A stretch of DNA of 64,000 bases from Pedosphaera sp. (GTDB lineage Bacteria; Verrucomicrobiota; Verrucomicrobiia; Limisphaerales; SIBH01): the NCBI GenBank assembly GCA_031414955.1, contig JANOQV010000012.1, positions 1 to 64,000 of the forward strand, written 5' to 3'. Below are positions 48,072 to 58,600 of this stretch, piece after piece. The translations under genes and the position numbers were made by a program. Numbering within the stretch: position 1 is the stretch's first letter; each line of letters starts with the position of its first letter. The notes below the pieces were generated by a model, which worked only from the letters and a program-made list of their open reading frames with translations, was not told where the DNA came from and searched no databases.

Positions 48072-50294
48072 TCAGTGCTGGAACAGGAATTCACGGCTGG
48101 TCAGGAGGGACCAGAAGATGTCCTCGACGATCAGGCGTTGCTCACCGGCGGAAGCCTCGCGCAGCATCGGCCCGAACTGCTCGAGTTCCTTGACCGAGGG
48201 CGGACGGCCCAGGCAGAGCAGCCAGGCCTCGCGGAGGAGTTGCTCCGGCGGCGGATTCGTCGCCAGGATTTTGGCGAGGCGTCCGTTGGTGGAAGCGAGC
48301 TTGTCGTTGATGGTGCCGCCGTTGGAGAGGTGCAACACCTGCACCAGGCTGGGCTGGTTGGAGCGTTCGCACTCGCAGGTGATTTCACGCTCGTTCCGGC
48401 CAAAGGTTTTCAGGAAGTAGTTCTTCACCTTCGAGTCGTAGAGTTGCACCGCGCGAGTGGTGTTGGTGTAGAGAGAAACCTTTTCCGTGGAACCGTCGTT
48501 GAGCGCGAGTTCGGTGTACTTGTCGCGCACGGCCGTGATGTCCGCGATGGCGTCGCTCAACACCTCGGCACTGAGCCGGCGCGGGAAGAAGCGCGAGTAA
48601 TGGCGGCGGTCCTCGCGGTTCTCGGCCAGCGGCTCGCTGGAGCGGCGATAGGTCTGGGAGGTGAGAATCAGCCGCATCAAGGCGCGCAGGTCGTAGCGTT
48701 GCTCCACCGTGGAGGCGGCCAGCGCCGCGAACAGTTGCTCATTGCTGGCCGGATTGGAGACGCGCAGATCATCGACGGACTCGACCAGGCCCACGCCGAG
48801 GAAGCTGGCCCAGACGCGGTTGACGATGGCGCGGCTGAAATACGGATTCTCCGGCGCGGTCAGCCAGTCCGCCAACACCTCTCGTCGGTCGCGCGTGTTT
48901 TCAGCCGGAATGGCCGGGGCGTCGAGCGGGGCGGGCGGCTGGGGTTGGCCGGTGCGCGGCTGAAGCAAGTCGCCGTGCGACTCGACGTAGAGCGTGCGCT
49001 GGCCGTCACCGCTGCGGGAATCGCCGCCCCAGCCCTTGGCCCGGACACGCGCGAAGAGGTTGGCGAACTGGTAATACTGATCGTTGGTCCACTTCTCGAG
49101 CGGATGATTGTGGCAGCGCGCGCAGCCGATGGAGAGCGAGAGAAAAGCCTGGCTCACGTTCTCGGCCATCGACTCCGGGTCCTGATGTACGGCGTAGAAA
49201 TTGGACTCCCCGTCCTCCAGCGAGGAGCCGCGCGCGGTCACTACTTCGCGGACCAATTTATCCCAGGGCGTGTTCTCGGCCACGCGTTGCCGAATCCAGC
49301 CATAGTAGGACTTCACCGCCGCAGGCCGCAGCTTCGCGCCGCTTACCAGCAGCAAGTCCGACCATTTGTAAGCCCAGTAGTCCACGAATTCGGGCGTGTT
49401 CAACAGGCGATCGGCCAGGCGGGCGTGTTTGTCCGGCGCGGCATTGGTGACGAAGGCGTTGACCTCCTCGGGCGTGGGCAGCCGACCGATGGTATCCAGC
49501 GTGGCGCGGCGGACGAAGGTGGCATCACGGGCGGGGGGCGAGGGCTTCAGGTTGAGCCGCTCCAACTGCGCGAGCACCAGGTCGTCGATCAAGTTGGCGC
49601 GCGGCGCACGGGCGAAAACGGCGGCGGGCAGATTGTTCGAGTAGGGCGAGGTCAGGCGGGCAATGACAATGCGGGAAGAATACCACGCGGTGATCGCGCC
49701 GGCCCCGGGACCGAGCACGGTGACGTGGCCATTGGCCTCGACGGTGGCCACGGTTTCGTCCGTGGAGGTGAACTTCGCCCAGCGCGTCACGTCGCGTTCC
49801 TGGCCGTCGCTGAACCGGGCGCGTACGACGAGCTTCAAGCTTTGGCCCTGCTGCACGGTGCTTTCCGCCGGCGTGATCGTGAGGTGCGTCATCTGGGCCT
49901 CATCCGGCCGCGGACCGGGCGCGCCCTCGGCAATCCAGGCCGCGAGAATGCGGTAGTCGTCCGAATCGACGGCGATGCGCTTGCCGCCCTTGTGCTTCAA
50001 GGCCGTGGTCGGCTTGGTCAGGAACAGGCTGGCCCCGGGCTGGGCCAGGTCGATGCGCCGGCCCCGCGACTCGCGGGTGAGGGCCAGGTAATCAGCCTCG
50101 GGATTGTAGCCGAAGAGGGAGAGCTTGAAACCGCCCTTCCCCGCCAGCGCCCCATGACAGCCGCCGCCGTTGCAGTTGGCCTTGGAGAGGACGGGAAGGA
50201 CATCGTTGCGAAACGAGGTCGCGGCGTGCGCGGACGTGAACAAGGAGAACGCGAGCGCCAGGAACAGAAGACGGGGTTTCTGCAAACGGCTCAC
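48072..50294 (-). CDS. DUF1549/DUF1553 domain protein with Ig-like (Big_2) domain
   Basis: CNGGGCHG, GGFKLSLFG, RRATLDTIGRLPT, CARCHNHP, VNRVW, CECERS, SREFLFQH; GTG start overlaps the upstream stop. Confidence 0.88.
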   Translation of the reverse strand: MSRLQKPRLLFLALAFSLFTSAHAATSFRNDVLPVLSKANCNGGGCHGALAGKGGFKLSLFGYNPEADYLALTRESRGRRIDLAQPGASLFLTKPTTALKHKGGKRIAVDSDDYRILAAWIAEGAPGPRPDEAQMTHLTITPAESTVQQGQSLKLVVRARFSDGQERDVTRWAKFTSTDETVATVEANGHVTVLGPGAGAITAWYSSRIVIARLTSPYSNNLPAAVFARAPRANLIDDLVLAQLERLNLKPSPPARDATFVRRATLDTIGRLPTPEEVNAFVTNAAPDKHARLADRLLNTPEFVDYWAYKWSDLLLVSGAKLRPAAVKSYYGWIRQRVAENTPWDKLVREVVTARGSSLEDGESNFYAVHQDPESMAENVSQAFLSLSIGCARCHNHPLEKWTNDQYYQFANLFARVRAKGWGGDSRSGDGQRTLYVESHGDLLQPRTGQPQPPAPLDAPAIPAENTRDRREVLADWLTAPENPYFSRAIVNRVWASFLGVGLVESVDDLRVSNPASNEQLFAALAASTVEQRYDLRALMRLILTSQTYRRSSEPLAENREDRRHYSRFFPRRLSAEVLSDAIADITAVRDKYTELALNDGSTEKVSLYTNTTRAVQLYDSKVKNYFLKTFGRNEREITCECERSNQPSLVQVLHLSNGGTINDKLASTNGRLAKILATNPPPEQLLREAWLLCLGRPPSVKELEQFGPMLREASAGEQRLIVEDIFWSLLTSREFLFQH

Positions 50295-51682
50295 GCGAAC
50301 AACTCCTTGATCGGCTCCGTGCCCAGATCGGTCAGCGAGAAGGGACGCCCGCCGGGGCCGGGCAGATGCGCGGCATGATTGAAGCCGAGGCTGTGAAAAA
50401 TCGTGGCCACGACATCGCCGGGCTTGGCCGGGCGCTCGGCTGGGAATCCGCCGATGGGATCGCTCGCTCCGATGACGCGTCCCCCTTTCACGCCGCCGCC
50501 GGCAAAGTAGGTGGTGAAACATTGCGGCCAATGATCGCGACCGCCGGCTGGATTCACCTTGGGCGTGCGCCCGAATTCCGACAGACAAGCCACCAGCGTG
50601 TCATCCAGCAGACCGCGCTGGCTCAGGTCTTCAATCAGGGCGCTGTAGGCCTGATCGTACATCGGGCACACCAAGTCCTTCATGCCTTCGATGGAGGTGA
50701 AGGGCTTCGAGCCGTGAATGTCCCAGGTGATTTCGTCGAAGACGGTCAGGAAAGTGTTGATGGTGATGAAGCGCACCCCGCCCTCCACGAGCCGCCGCGC
50801 CAGCAGGCAGCATTGGCCGAAGCGGTTCATGCCGTAGCGCTCCCGCACCGCCATCGGTTCCTTGGTCAGATCAAAGGCCGCGCGCGCCTGGGCGCTGGTC
50901 ATCATGCGGAAGGCGGCGTGGAAATTCTCGTCGAGCAACCGCGCATCTTCGCTCGCCTCGAAGTCCGCCACGGTCTGCTCCACGATGTCGCGCATCTTGC
51001 GGCGGCGTTCGAGCCGGTGCGCGCCGATTTGATCCGGCGGCAACAAGTCCGGCACTCTGAAATCCTTCTTCGACGGATCAGCCATGAGGGCAAAAGGATC
51101 GTGGGCCTTGCCCAGGAAACCGCCGGCCTGGCCGTTGGGCAAATTGCCGCCGCCCCGGCCCATCAACTGTGGCAGCACCACAAAGGGCGGCAGGTCGGTC
51201 TTGCGCCCCATCAGGTGCGCGGTCACTGCACCGGCGTGCGGCGTGTGAATGCCGCCCGTAAAGCGCCGCCCCGTCTGCATCATCTGCCAGCCCGCGTCAT
51301 GCACGGCCGCGCCATCGTGATGACAGGAGCGCACGAGCGAAAACTTGTCGGCGATTTTCGCGTGGAGCGGGAGCAGTTCGGAAAGCTCGAAGGCGTCGGA
51401 CTTGGTGCGGATCGGTTTGAACGGGCCGCGAATCTCGCTCGGCGCGTCGGGCTTCATGTCCCACAGATCGATATGACTCGGTCCGCCGAGGTTGAAGATC
51501 ATGATGCACGAACGCTGATCCTGGCCCGGCTTCACCAACCCGGCCTGCTTGGCCTGCAACAGTTGCGGCAGCGAAAGACCGATGGCGGCCAGCGAGCCGA
51601 TCTGGAGGAACTCCCGGCGGCTGTGGCCGGGGCCGCACAGGCGCGCCCGGTCCTGCGGTGATTCAGCGAGGAAATCGAACAT
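50291..51682 (-). CDS. DUF1501 domain protein
   Basis: SRREFLQIG, GGPSHIDLWDMKP, LLARRLVEGGVRF, WDIH, EFGRTP, GRDHW. Confidence 0.92.
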   Translation of the reverse strand: MFDFLAESPQDRARLCGPGHSRREFLQIGSLAAIGLSLPQLLQAKQAGLVKPGQDQRSCIMIFNLGGPSHIDLWDMKPDAPSEIRGPFKPIRTKSDAFELSELLPLHAKIADKFSLVRSCHHDGAAVHDAGWQMMQTGRRFTGGIHTPHAGAVTAHLMGRKTDLPPFVVLPQLMGRGGGNLPNGQAGGFLGKAHDPFALMADPSKKDFRVPDLLPPDQIGAHRLERRRKMRDIVEQTVADFEASEDARLLDENFHAAFRMMTSAQARAAFDLTKEPMAVRERYGMNRFGQCCLLARRLVEGGVRFITINTFLTVFDEITWDIHGSKPFTSIEGMKDLVCPMYDQAYSALIEDLSQRGLLDDTLVACLSEFGRTPKVNPAGGRDHWPQCFTTYFAGGGVKGGRVIGASDPIGGFPAERPAKPGDVVATIFHSLGFNHAAHLPGPGGRPFSLTDLGTEPIKELFA

Positions 51683-51752
51683 GGCCGCAGGTTGCCAGAA
51701 CCCGGCCCGTTCCGGCCTTGATAGAAACCGCATCTTTTTGTAATTAAACCGC

Positions 51753-52529
51753 ATGGCTGCAACCGTTATTCGCCCGCCCCCGGCCCCCGCCCTGGTGCGG
51801 GAGTTTTTCGCCGCGCTCGGCGAAGGCACGCCCTGGTTCCAGCTCTTCGACCATCTGCCGCGCGTTTACCTCTTCGTGAAGGATGCGCGCGGCCGCTTCA
51901 TGAAGGTGAACCGGGCCGAGCTTGATCTGCATGGCTGCCGGCAGGAGTCCGAGATGCTGGGCCGGACCGACTACGACTTCCATCCGCCGGCCATGGCCGC
52001 GCAATACGTGGAGGAGGATCAGCGCGTGATGAAGTCCCGCCGCCAGCTCCGGGACCAGGTCTGGCTGGTCATGGGCCATGACCGGATGCCGCGCTGGTAT
52101 TTAAGCACCAAGATTCCGCTCCTGGGCCGCGACGGGAAGCCCGTCGGCATCGCGGGTGTGATGCGACCCTACGACCACACCGGAGTCTCCCCGGCGGATT
52201 ACAATCGCCTCACGCCCGTCATGGAATACGTCCTGGCCCATTACGGCAAACGCATCGAGGTGGCCCAGCTCGCCGCGCGCGCCCACGTCTCGGTCAGCCA
52301 GTTGCAACGTGAATTCCAGAAACTCTTTGGCCTGACGCCCGGCGATTACCTCCTGAAGGTCCGCCTGCTCATGGCCCGGCGGCGGTTGGAGGAAGGAGAC
52401 GAGGCGGTCGGGGCCATCGCCCTCGACTGCGGCTTCTACGACCAAAGCCATTTCAACCGCGCCTTCCGCTCCCTGGTCGGCCTGCCGCCCAGTGATTACC
52501 GGCGGAGGTTCCGGCGCACCAGCCGCTGA
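51753..52529 (+). CDS. AraC-family transcriptional regulator with N-terminal PAS domain
   Basis: FVKDARGRF..VN, GRTDYD; CGFYDQSHFNRAF HTH. Confidence 0.92.
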   Translation: MAATVIRPPPAPALVREFFAALGEGTPWFQLFDHLPRVYLFVKDARGRFMKVNRAELDLHGCRQESEMLGRTDYDFHPPAMAAQYVEEDQRVMKSRRQLRDQVWLVMGHDRMPRWYLSTKIPLLGRDGKPVGIAGVMRPYDHTGVSPADYNRLTPVMEYVLAHYGKRIEVAQLAARAHVSVSQLQREFQKLFGLTPGDYLLKVRLLMARRRLEEGDEAVGAIALDCGFYDQSHFNRAFRSLVGLPPSDYRRRFRRTSR

Positions 52530-52699
52530 GGCGCCGTGGTTCCACGCCCCCGCTGCTCCCGAACGAGGCCGGGCCGAACGACGAAACGAACGACCCGCCC
52601 GCCCCGCCGGTGCCCAAGGCTCCGTGAAGTGATGGTGGCAGTGGCGGGCCTCCTCGTGTCGCCGGCGGTTGCGTGAACGACTGGCGCAGCCGCGTTCCG

Positions 52700-53323
52700 T
52701 TAATCATTCTCCAGGCGGCGGACTTCCTTCTTGAGGCGGGTGGAGATTTTGTATTTCGCAAAATAAACCTGCGGCAATTTCGCGCCGAGGCGACGCGCCA
52801 CTTGCAAGGCCGGCATGTTCTTCACCACATGCAGGTAGAACATCTGAAACTCCCGGGCGTCGGCCTGCTCTTTGACGCGATCCAGCGCCGTGTCGAGCAG
52901 GTGGGTCCGCCATTCGTCCTCCCAGATCGCGTCCAGCGTCAGACCCGCATGGCCGGGCTGGGTTTCCAGCAGGGCGGTGCTGAGCGTCTCTTCGCGGGGC
53001 ACTTGCTCGTCCCCCTGCTTGTAGCTCTTGCGGCGGAACGCGTCGATGATCCGGGACCGGGTGATTTGCAGCATCCAGCCTTTGAATGACCCGAGTTCCG
53101 GGTTGTAGCGAAACTCCGGCATGTGCCGCGAAATCGCCACGAAGGTTTCCTGGACAATGTCCTGCGCGGCGGCCTCGTTGAATCCCGCTTTTCGCGCCAC
53201 GCTAAAAATCAATTTCCAGTAGGTGTCGAAGAATTCGCGCCAGCTCTTGTCGTCCCCGAGATCCCGGAGCCGGAGCAGGAGCGTCTCGCGCGTCGGGAGC
53301 AGGTCTTCAGGTGGTGTGGTCAT
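52700..53323 (-). CDS. ECF RNA polymerase sigma factor
   Basis: PTRETLL.RLRD..D..SWREFF, QDIVQE, GSFKGW, IIDAFRR; region 4 VARRLG. Confidence 0.9.
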   Translation of the reverse strand: MTTPPEDLLPTRETLLLRLRDLGDDKSWREFFDTYWKLIFSVARKAGFNEAAAQDIVQETFVAISRHMPEFRYNPELGSFKGWMLQITRSRIIDAFRRKSYKQGDEQVPREETLSTALLETQPGHAGLTLDAIWEDEWRTHLLDTALDRVKEQADAREFQMFYLHVVKNMPALQVARRLGAKLPQVYFAKYKISTRLKKEVRRLEND

Positions 53324-53334
53324 GGGAATTATTT

Positions 53335-55446
53335 TCAGGCGGGCGGTTCTGAGTCGAGCTGCTGTCGCAACTCGGCGAGACCGCGGCGCAAGTCCGCCGC
53401 GGTCTGGTGGCGTCTCGCGGGGTTGGCGTCGCACGCCTGGAGCACGATCCGGTTGAGTCCATACAGCACGTTGCCGCCGGGATTCGCGATCATGTCCGTG
53501 GGCAGTTCGGGGTAATGAGCCACCGCCAGTCCGAAACCGATCTCGTAGATGAGTTTGCCCAGGCTGTAGATGTCCGCCATCGGCGTGCCCGGCCCTTCTG
53601 GCGCGATGTAGCCCTTGGTGCCGAGGTAGGTGACGCTGGCGCCGCCCGTGGCGGCATCCGTGACCAGCCCGATGTCGGCAAACTTGGCGATGCCTTGCAC
53701 AAAAATGATGTTCGCCGGTTTGATGTCACGATGAATGAGCTTGTGCCTGTGCAGGTGATGCAGCGCATCGGCCAGGTGCATCGCGATGTCCAGGCACTCC
53801 GCCAAGGGGAGCCGCTGGCGCCGGCGCAATTCGCTCTTGAGCGTTTTTGCGGCGTAGGATTCGGGATTGATTTGCTGGCCCTGGGTTTCGTCGTCGCCCA
53901 GTTCCATCACGTAGTAGATGTAATCATCACGAACGCTGCGCCCGACGTGGAGGACGTGGACGAAACCGGGATGCGTTCGCGAAATTGGTGTGAAGCGGCT
54001 GATGCCCCGGAACTCCCGTTCGTACGGGCCCGCGTCCTGGAACACCTTCCGGTGAACGATCTTGACCGCGTGGTAGCTGCCGATGATGTCGCGCGCCAGC
54101 CACACTTCGCCATAAGCCCCCTTGCCGATGGGGCGCAGCATTTCGTGATCAGGGACGCTCGGCACCAGATCGTCCGGCTCGGGAAGAATCACCGTGCGCT
54201 CGGGCGCGACCCACGCCGCGCTGGCCGGAGCCAACGCTGGTCCGGCACTGCCCGGAGCTGGGGATCTTCCAGCCGGCGAATTCGCACCACCGCCCAAGGC
54301 GACTTCTTGTTCGAGCAGATTCATTTCCCGCTGCAATCGCCGCGTATGAATGACCACGGACCATCCGACCGCGCAGGGGATTTGCACGGCCGCGGGGATC
54401 AGCCAGGGGAACCAGACCTGCGTGGTCAAAACGCTGATAATTCCGCCGACCGCGACGCAGCAGGCGAACACCATCCCGACCCAGACTGAGGTCAGCGGGC
54501 GCAAGGAGGTGAAATAAATTCCCACGATCGCTCCGAACAACATCACCAAGGGCAGCTCGACGAAGGGAGACAGCCGCGAGAGCGATTCGCCGCGCGCCAG
54601 GTTCAGATACGCTGTGGCGTTGACCTCGACTCCGGGCGCCTTGCGGCCGGTCCACAAGGTGTGCGGAATGCGGAAATCGTCGGTGCCCTTTCCGCCCGTA
54701 AAACCAACGCTCCACAAGGCGCCGACGAACACGACCTTGTTCGAAAAAGCCGCCACCACGTCGAAATCTTTCTCGAACACGTCCGCGTACGACTTGTGCG
54801 GCAGGTAGCCGGGCGGACCATAAAAGTTGACCCAGTGCCGCGCGAAGGGATCGCCGTCCAATTTTCCATGCGCCAGTTCCGCCGCGCGCCAGGCGAGGCT
54901 GGGGATTTGGAACACCGTGTCGCGATAATGTTCGCGCACGGCTTTGCTCGCGTCGCTGGCCTCGCTCATTCCCCAGGCGCTCACGGCGGCGAGTTCGTCG
55001 AAGGGCTTGATGATCTCGGAGCCGATGATTTCGCCGGCATGGACCCGGAAACCGTTGATGGCCGCCACCACGACTTTGCCATTCTCCCGCGCGGCCGCGG
55101 CGAGTTCGCGATTGGCCACCAGGTTGGTGTCTGCGCCGAACACCACGTCGAACACCACGGCCTTCGCTCCCGCCCCGGTGAGCCTCCGAATCAGCCGCGC
55201 ATGCACCGTCCGATCCCATCTGTCCCATCGGCCCTGGCCCAGCGCCGCTTCGGAATGCTCGTCCATGTAGAGCACCACCACTTCATTCACCGGGACGGTC
55301 GCGCGAAAATAAAAAGGCAGGTCATAGCTGTAATTCGCCGGCCCTTGCAGGAAAGGAAGCGTGAGAAAGCACAGGCCGAGCAGGGCGGGAAAGGCGGCGG
55401 CGGTGGCCGGGGCGAGCCACTTGCGTCCGGCCCGGGAATCAAACAT
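53335..55446 (-). CDS. CHASE2 sensor domain + TM helices + Hanks-type Ser/Thr kinase
   Basis: CHASE2 WDRTVHARLI..L..AGAKAVVFDVVF, PGVE; kinase GKGAYGEV, AVK, HRDIKPAN, DIGL, GTKGYIAPE. Confidence 0.9.
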   Translation of the reverse strand: MFDSRAGRKWLAPATAAAFPALLGLCFLTLPFLQGPANYSYDLPFYFRATVPVNEVVVLYMDEHSEAALGQGRWDRWDRTVHARLIRRLTGAGAKAVVFDVVFGADTNLVANRELAAAARENGKVVVAAINGFRVHAGEIIGSEIIKPFDELAAVSAWGMSEASDASKAVREHYRDTVFQIPSLAWRAAELAHGKLDGDPFARHWVNFYGPPGYLPHKSYADVFEKDFDVVAAFSNKVVFVGALWSVGFTGGKGTDDFRIPHTLWTGRKAPGVEVNATAYLNLARGESLSRLSPFVELPLVMLFGAIVGIYFTSLRPLTSVWVGMVFACCVAVGGIISVLTTQVWFPWLIPAAVQIPCAVGWSVVIHTRRLQREMNLLEQEVALGGGANSPAGRSPAPGSAGPALAPASAAWVAPERTVILPEPDDLVPSVPDHEMLRPIGKGAYGEVWLARDIIGSYHAVKIVHRKVFQDAGPYEREFRGISRFTPISRTHPGFVHVLHVGRSVRDDYIYYVMELGDDETQGQQINPESYAAKTLKSELRRRQRLPLAECLDIAMHLADALHHLHRHKLIHRDIKPANIIFVQGIAKFADIGLVTDAATGGASVTYLGTKGYIAPEGPGTPMADIYSLGKLIYEIGFGLAVAHYPELPTDMIANPGGNVLYGLNRIVLQACDANPARRHQTAADLRRGLAELRQQLDSEPPA

Positions 55447-55606
55447 GCGCTGGAGCTGTGGTGATGAACCCTGGGGCCGGTCCGCCCCGGCGGGCTGGCC
55501 CGGTCGTTCCTTCTGAATGGGGCTTTGCAGGTTCACAATCGCGCGGCTGTCGATGAGCCGGATACGTCCGCAGTTTGAACCGCGGTCCCGGCGCAAACGA
55601 GCCTCA

Positions 55607-58600
55607 TCAAAAATTAAATTTCAGCCGGGCCACGTAAGTTCTTTCGCGCGGCAGTTCCGCCGTCAGGTTCAACGGACTCAGCCGGTAGTCTTCGCCCGTC
55701 AGGTTCAGCACGCCGACCCGGACTTCAAAGCGTCGCTGAAATCCGCGCCATCCGGCATACAGATTGAACTGCCAGAACTCGTCGTCGGTCCCCGCCCCCG
55801 CTCCGCCGTTGATCTGACCGTTCCAAAGCGCCTCCGCCTGGGAGAAAAAGCCGGAGCGGTGATTGAAAATCGCGAAGAGATTCACCTGGTGCAACAAGGC
55901 GTCGCTCTTTGTGCGCGAATGAAAATCCAGGGCGGTCAGTGCGTTCCCGGGGATGTCTCTGAAGTGACTTTCCAGCTCGGCGTAGCTGACGCGGTAACGC
56001 ACCCCGAGCGACCAGTCATCCGCGACGAGCTGGTTGAGGGTCAGCGCCACGGTCCGCTCCTGGTAATCCAGACGCTGGCGCGTCGAGGATCGTGCGACTT
56101 GGAATGACGGCAGAAAATCATAGACCCCGAAGTCCCGCTCGAGCTCCGATCGCAGCCATTCGCCGGACAGCCCGACATACGTGCCCTTCCCGAACCGCTG
56201 CTCGATCGACGCACCCCAGTTCTCGAAACTGGCCGCCGAGTTCGCGCCCGCAATCGACTCGGGAATAATGCTGCGAAACGCCTGGTTGAAGCCGGCCACC
56301 TGCGTCGGCTCCAGACGAAAGCTCTGGTCGAAGCCGACCCCGCCGAGGGATTGCGAGTAGGCCGCGCGCAGCGTCGTGCGATCCGTCGGCGTCCAAATCA
56401 AACCGCCCTTGGGAGAAATTTGATCCGTCTCGTCTTCGCCCGCCCCGAGCGGCGCGTAACGAAAGTTCACCGGATAACGCAGCCAGTCATAACTCACTCC
56501 GGCCACCAGCAGGAGCGGCGTCACGGGACGCCAGTGGTAGTACCCGTAGCCGCTCGCACGCTCCATCTGCGAATCAACACTTTCGCGCCCGGTCGGAAAC
56601 AGCGCCGAGACAAAACCCGGAATAGGCGGAGGGACTTGCGCATTCATCTGCTCGCTGCGCGTCTCGAACTGCCCGGCCTGGTACCGGCCACCGACAATGA
56701 AGGCGTGATTCTCAGTCTGCCAAAGCTGCTGCAACTCGGCCGTGAACAGCCCAAGGTCGGTGGCATACTTCTGCTCGATCAGGATCGGCACCGCGTCCGT
56801 CACCTTGCCGCCTGAGTCCTTGCCCAGCAGCAGGGTTTGTTGCTGGCCGTTCTTGACCATCATCTCGTCCTGCAACCAGCCGACGAGGGCCAGGGTGTGA
56901 ACGCCGGGCGCCCACTTGTGTTGCCAGCCCGCCAGCAACAACGGCTCCTGCCGCTCCTCTACGCGCAAGGTGCGGTTGGCCGAGGCCGGATCCTGCCGGG
57001 TCAGCAGATCGCCGCCTTCGATTTCACTGCGCACCGCGTGGAAGTAAAGGCTGTCTTCGGGCGTGATCTGGTACTTGAGCTGCAAGGACAGTTCATTCTG
57101 CTCCAGGTCGTTGCTGGCGCGCTGGCCCTGGTCGGAATTGTAGAACGCGGACACCGCGTAGCTGAAATTTTCGACGCTTCCGTATTGCGCGCCGGACTGC
57201 CACCACGCGCCGCGACTGTAGTATTCCGTGCTCGAGGAAACGCCCAGTCCGTCGCGCTCGAAGAGCTTTGAGTATTCGTTCTGGGTGACCGACTGCGCGA
57301 GGGTGCCCGCGCCGATCGGCGCGAGCAGGTTGGCCAGCAGGTATTCGGTCACGGCGGCCGTCTCGAACCGCTGGCTGATGCGCGCGGGATCGCGCCGGCG
57401 CTCATACGTCTCCGCGAGAAACAGGTGCGTCGAGTAATTCGCGGGATCAGCTTCCACGGCCCGGCCCGCTTCGCGCGCACTCACCTCCAACATGCCGGCA
57501 TCATCGTATAAGCCGGCCAGGTTCACGGCCTGCACGGCCAGATCCTGATCCAGCGTCAGGCGCGGGCGAAAGACCCGCCGGTTCTCGTTCAATTCACGCG
57601 CGTGTTCCAGATCCCGCACGCCTTCGTTGATTCGGTTCACGTCCCGGTTCAGCAGGGCCGAGTAAAGCCACGCCGTCGGGTCGTTGGGATCGAGGCTCTG
57701 CGCGAGATGCAGTTCTTTGCGCGCGCGCAGGACATCACGTTCGTTGCTGAAGGCTTTGCCCAGGTAGCTGCGAAAAATCGCGCGCTGCGGTTCGACCGTT
57801 GCCGCCACTTGCAAATCCTCCCGGCCACCCGCGAGATCACCGCGACGGATACGGCACAGGCCGCGTCCCAGCCAGGCGTTCCCCATCGCGCTGTTGAGCA
57901 CGATGGCTTCGTCGAAGGCCGCGATGGCTTCCCGGGTGCGATTGTCCGCGGCGAACAGAAATCCCCGGAGCGCGACGGCGTGGGCGTTGCGCGGCGCCAG
58001 GGATAAACTTTTCTCCACGGCCTCGCGCGCTGGCGTCGTTCGCCCGAAACTGAATTCCAATTCGGCCACCCGCGCCCAGGCAAAACTGAAACCGGGCGAC
58101 ACCCCGGTGGCACGCCGCGCGAATTCCAGCGCCTCCTTCAGTTCGCCGCGCGACTGCGCGAAATACGATTCCGCGAGCAGCTTTGTGGCGGTCCCGGCTG
58201 CGCCTTGCTCCCTCTCCTGGGGGAGAGGGCCGGGGTGAGGGCGCAATTGAATCGCGGCCATGACCGTGCGCAGCGCCCGCGCTATCGACGCCGCTGGGCT
58301 GTTCACATCGGGAATCGTATTGAGAGCAGCCTGCGCCAGCCCGACCTCGCCGACCGCGAGGTCCAGCGCGGCCAGATAAACTTTCTCCGCATCCGAGGCG
58401 GGCTGACGGTTCGCCGGATAATTCGTCACCGCCGCGATCAAGTCGCCGCTGCGATACGCCGCCAGCGACGCCTCCAACGCCTGCGCCTCCGCTGGCGTGA
58501 GCGGCAGCTCCTCCAAATCCAAAACGCCGGGGTAATACAGCACCCATTGAATCACGTTCACCGCTTCGAGAGCGGGCACCTTGACTGGAGCAGAGTTCAC

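Noticed and set aside
46917..50378. 1153-aa plus-strand ORF
   Set aside because: Antisense shadow of the DUF1549/1553 and WD40 genes in GC-rich DNA; no recognisable motifs
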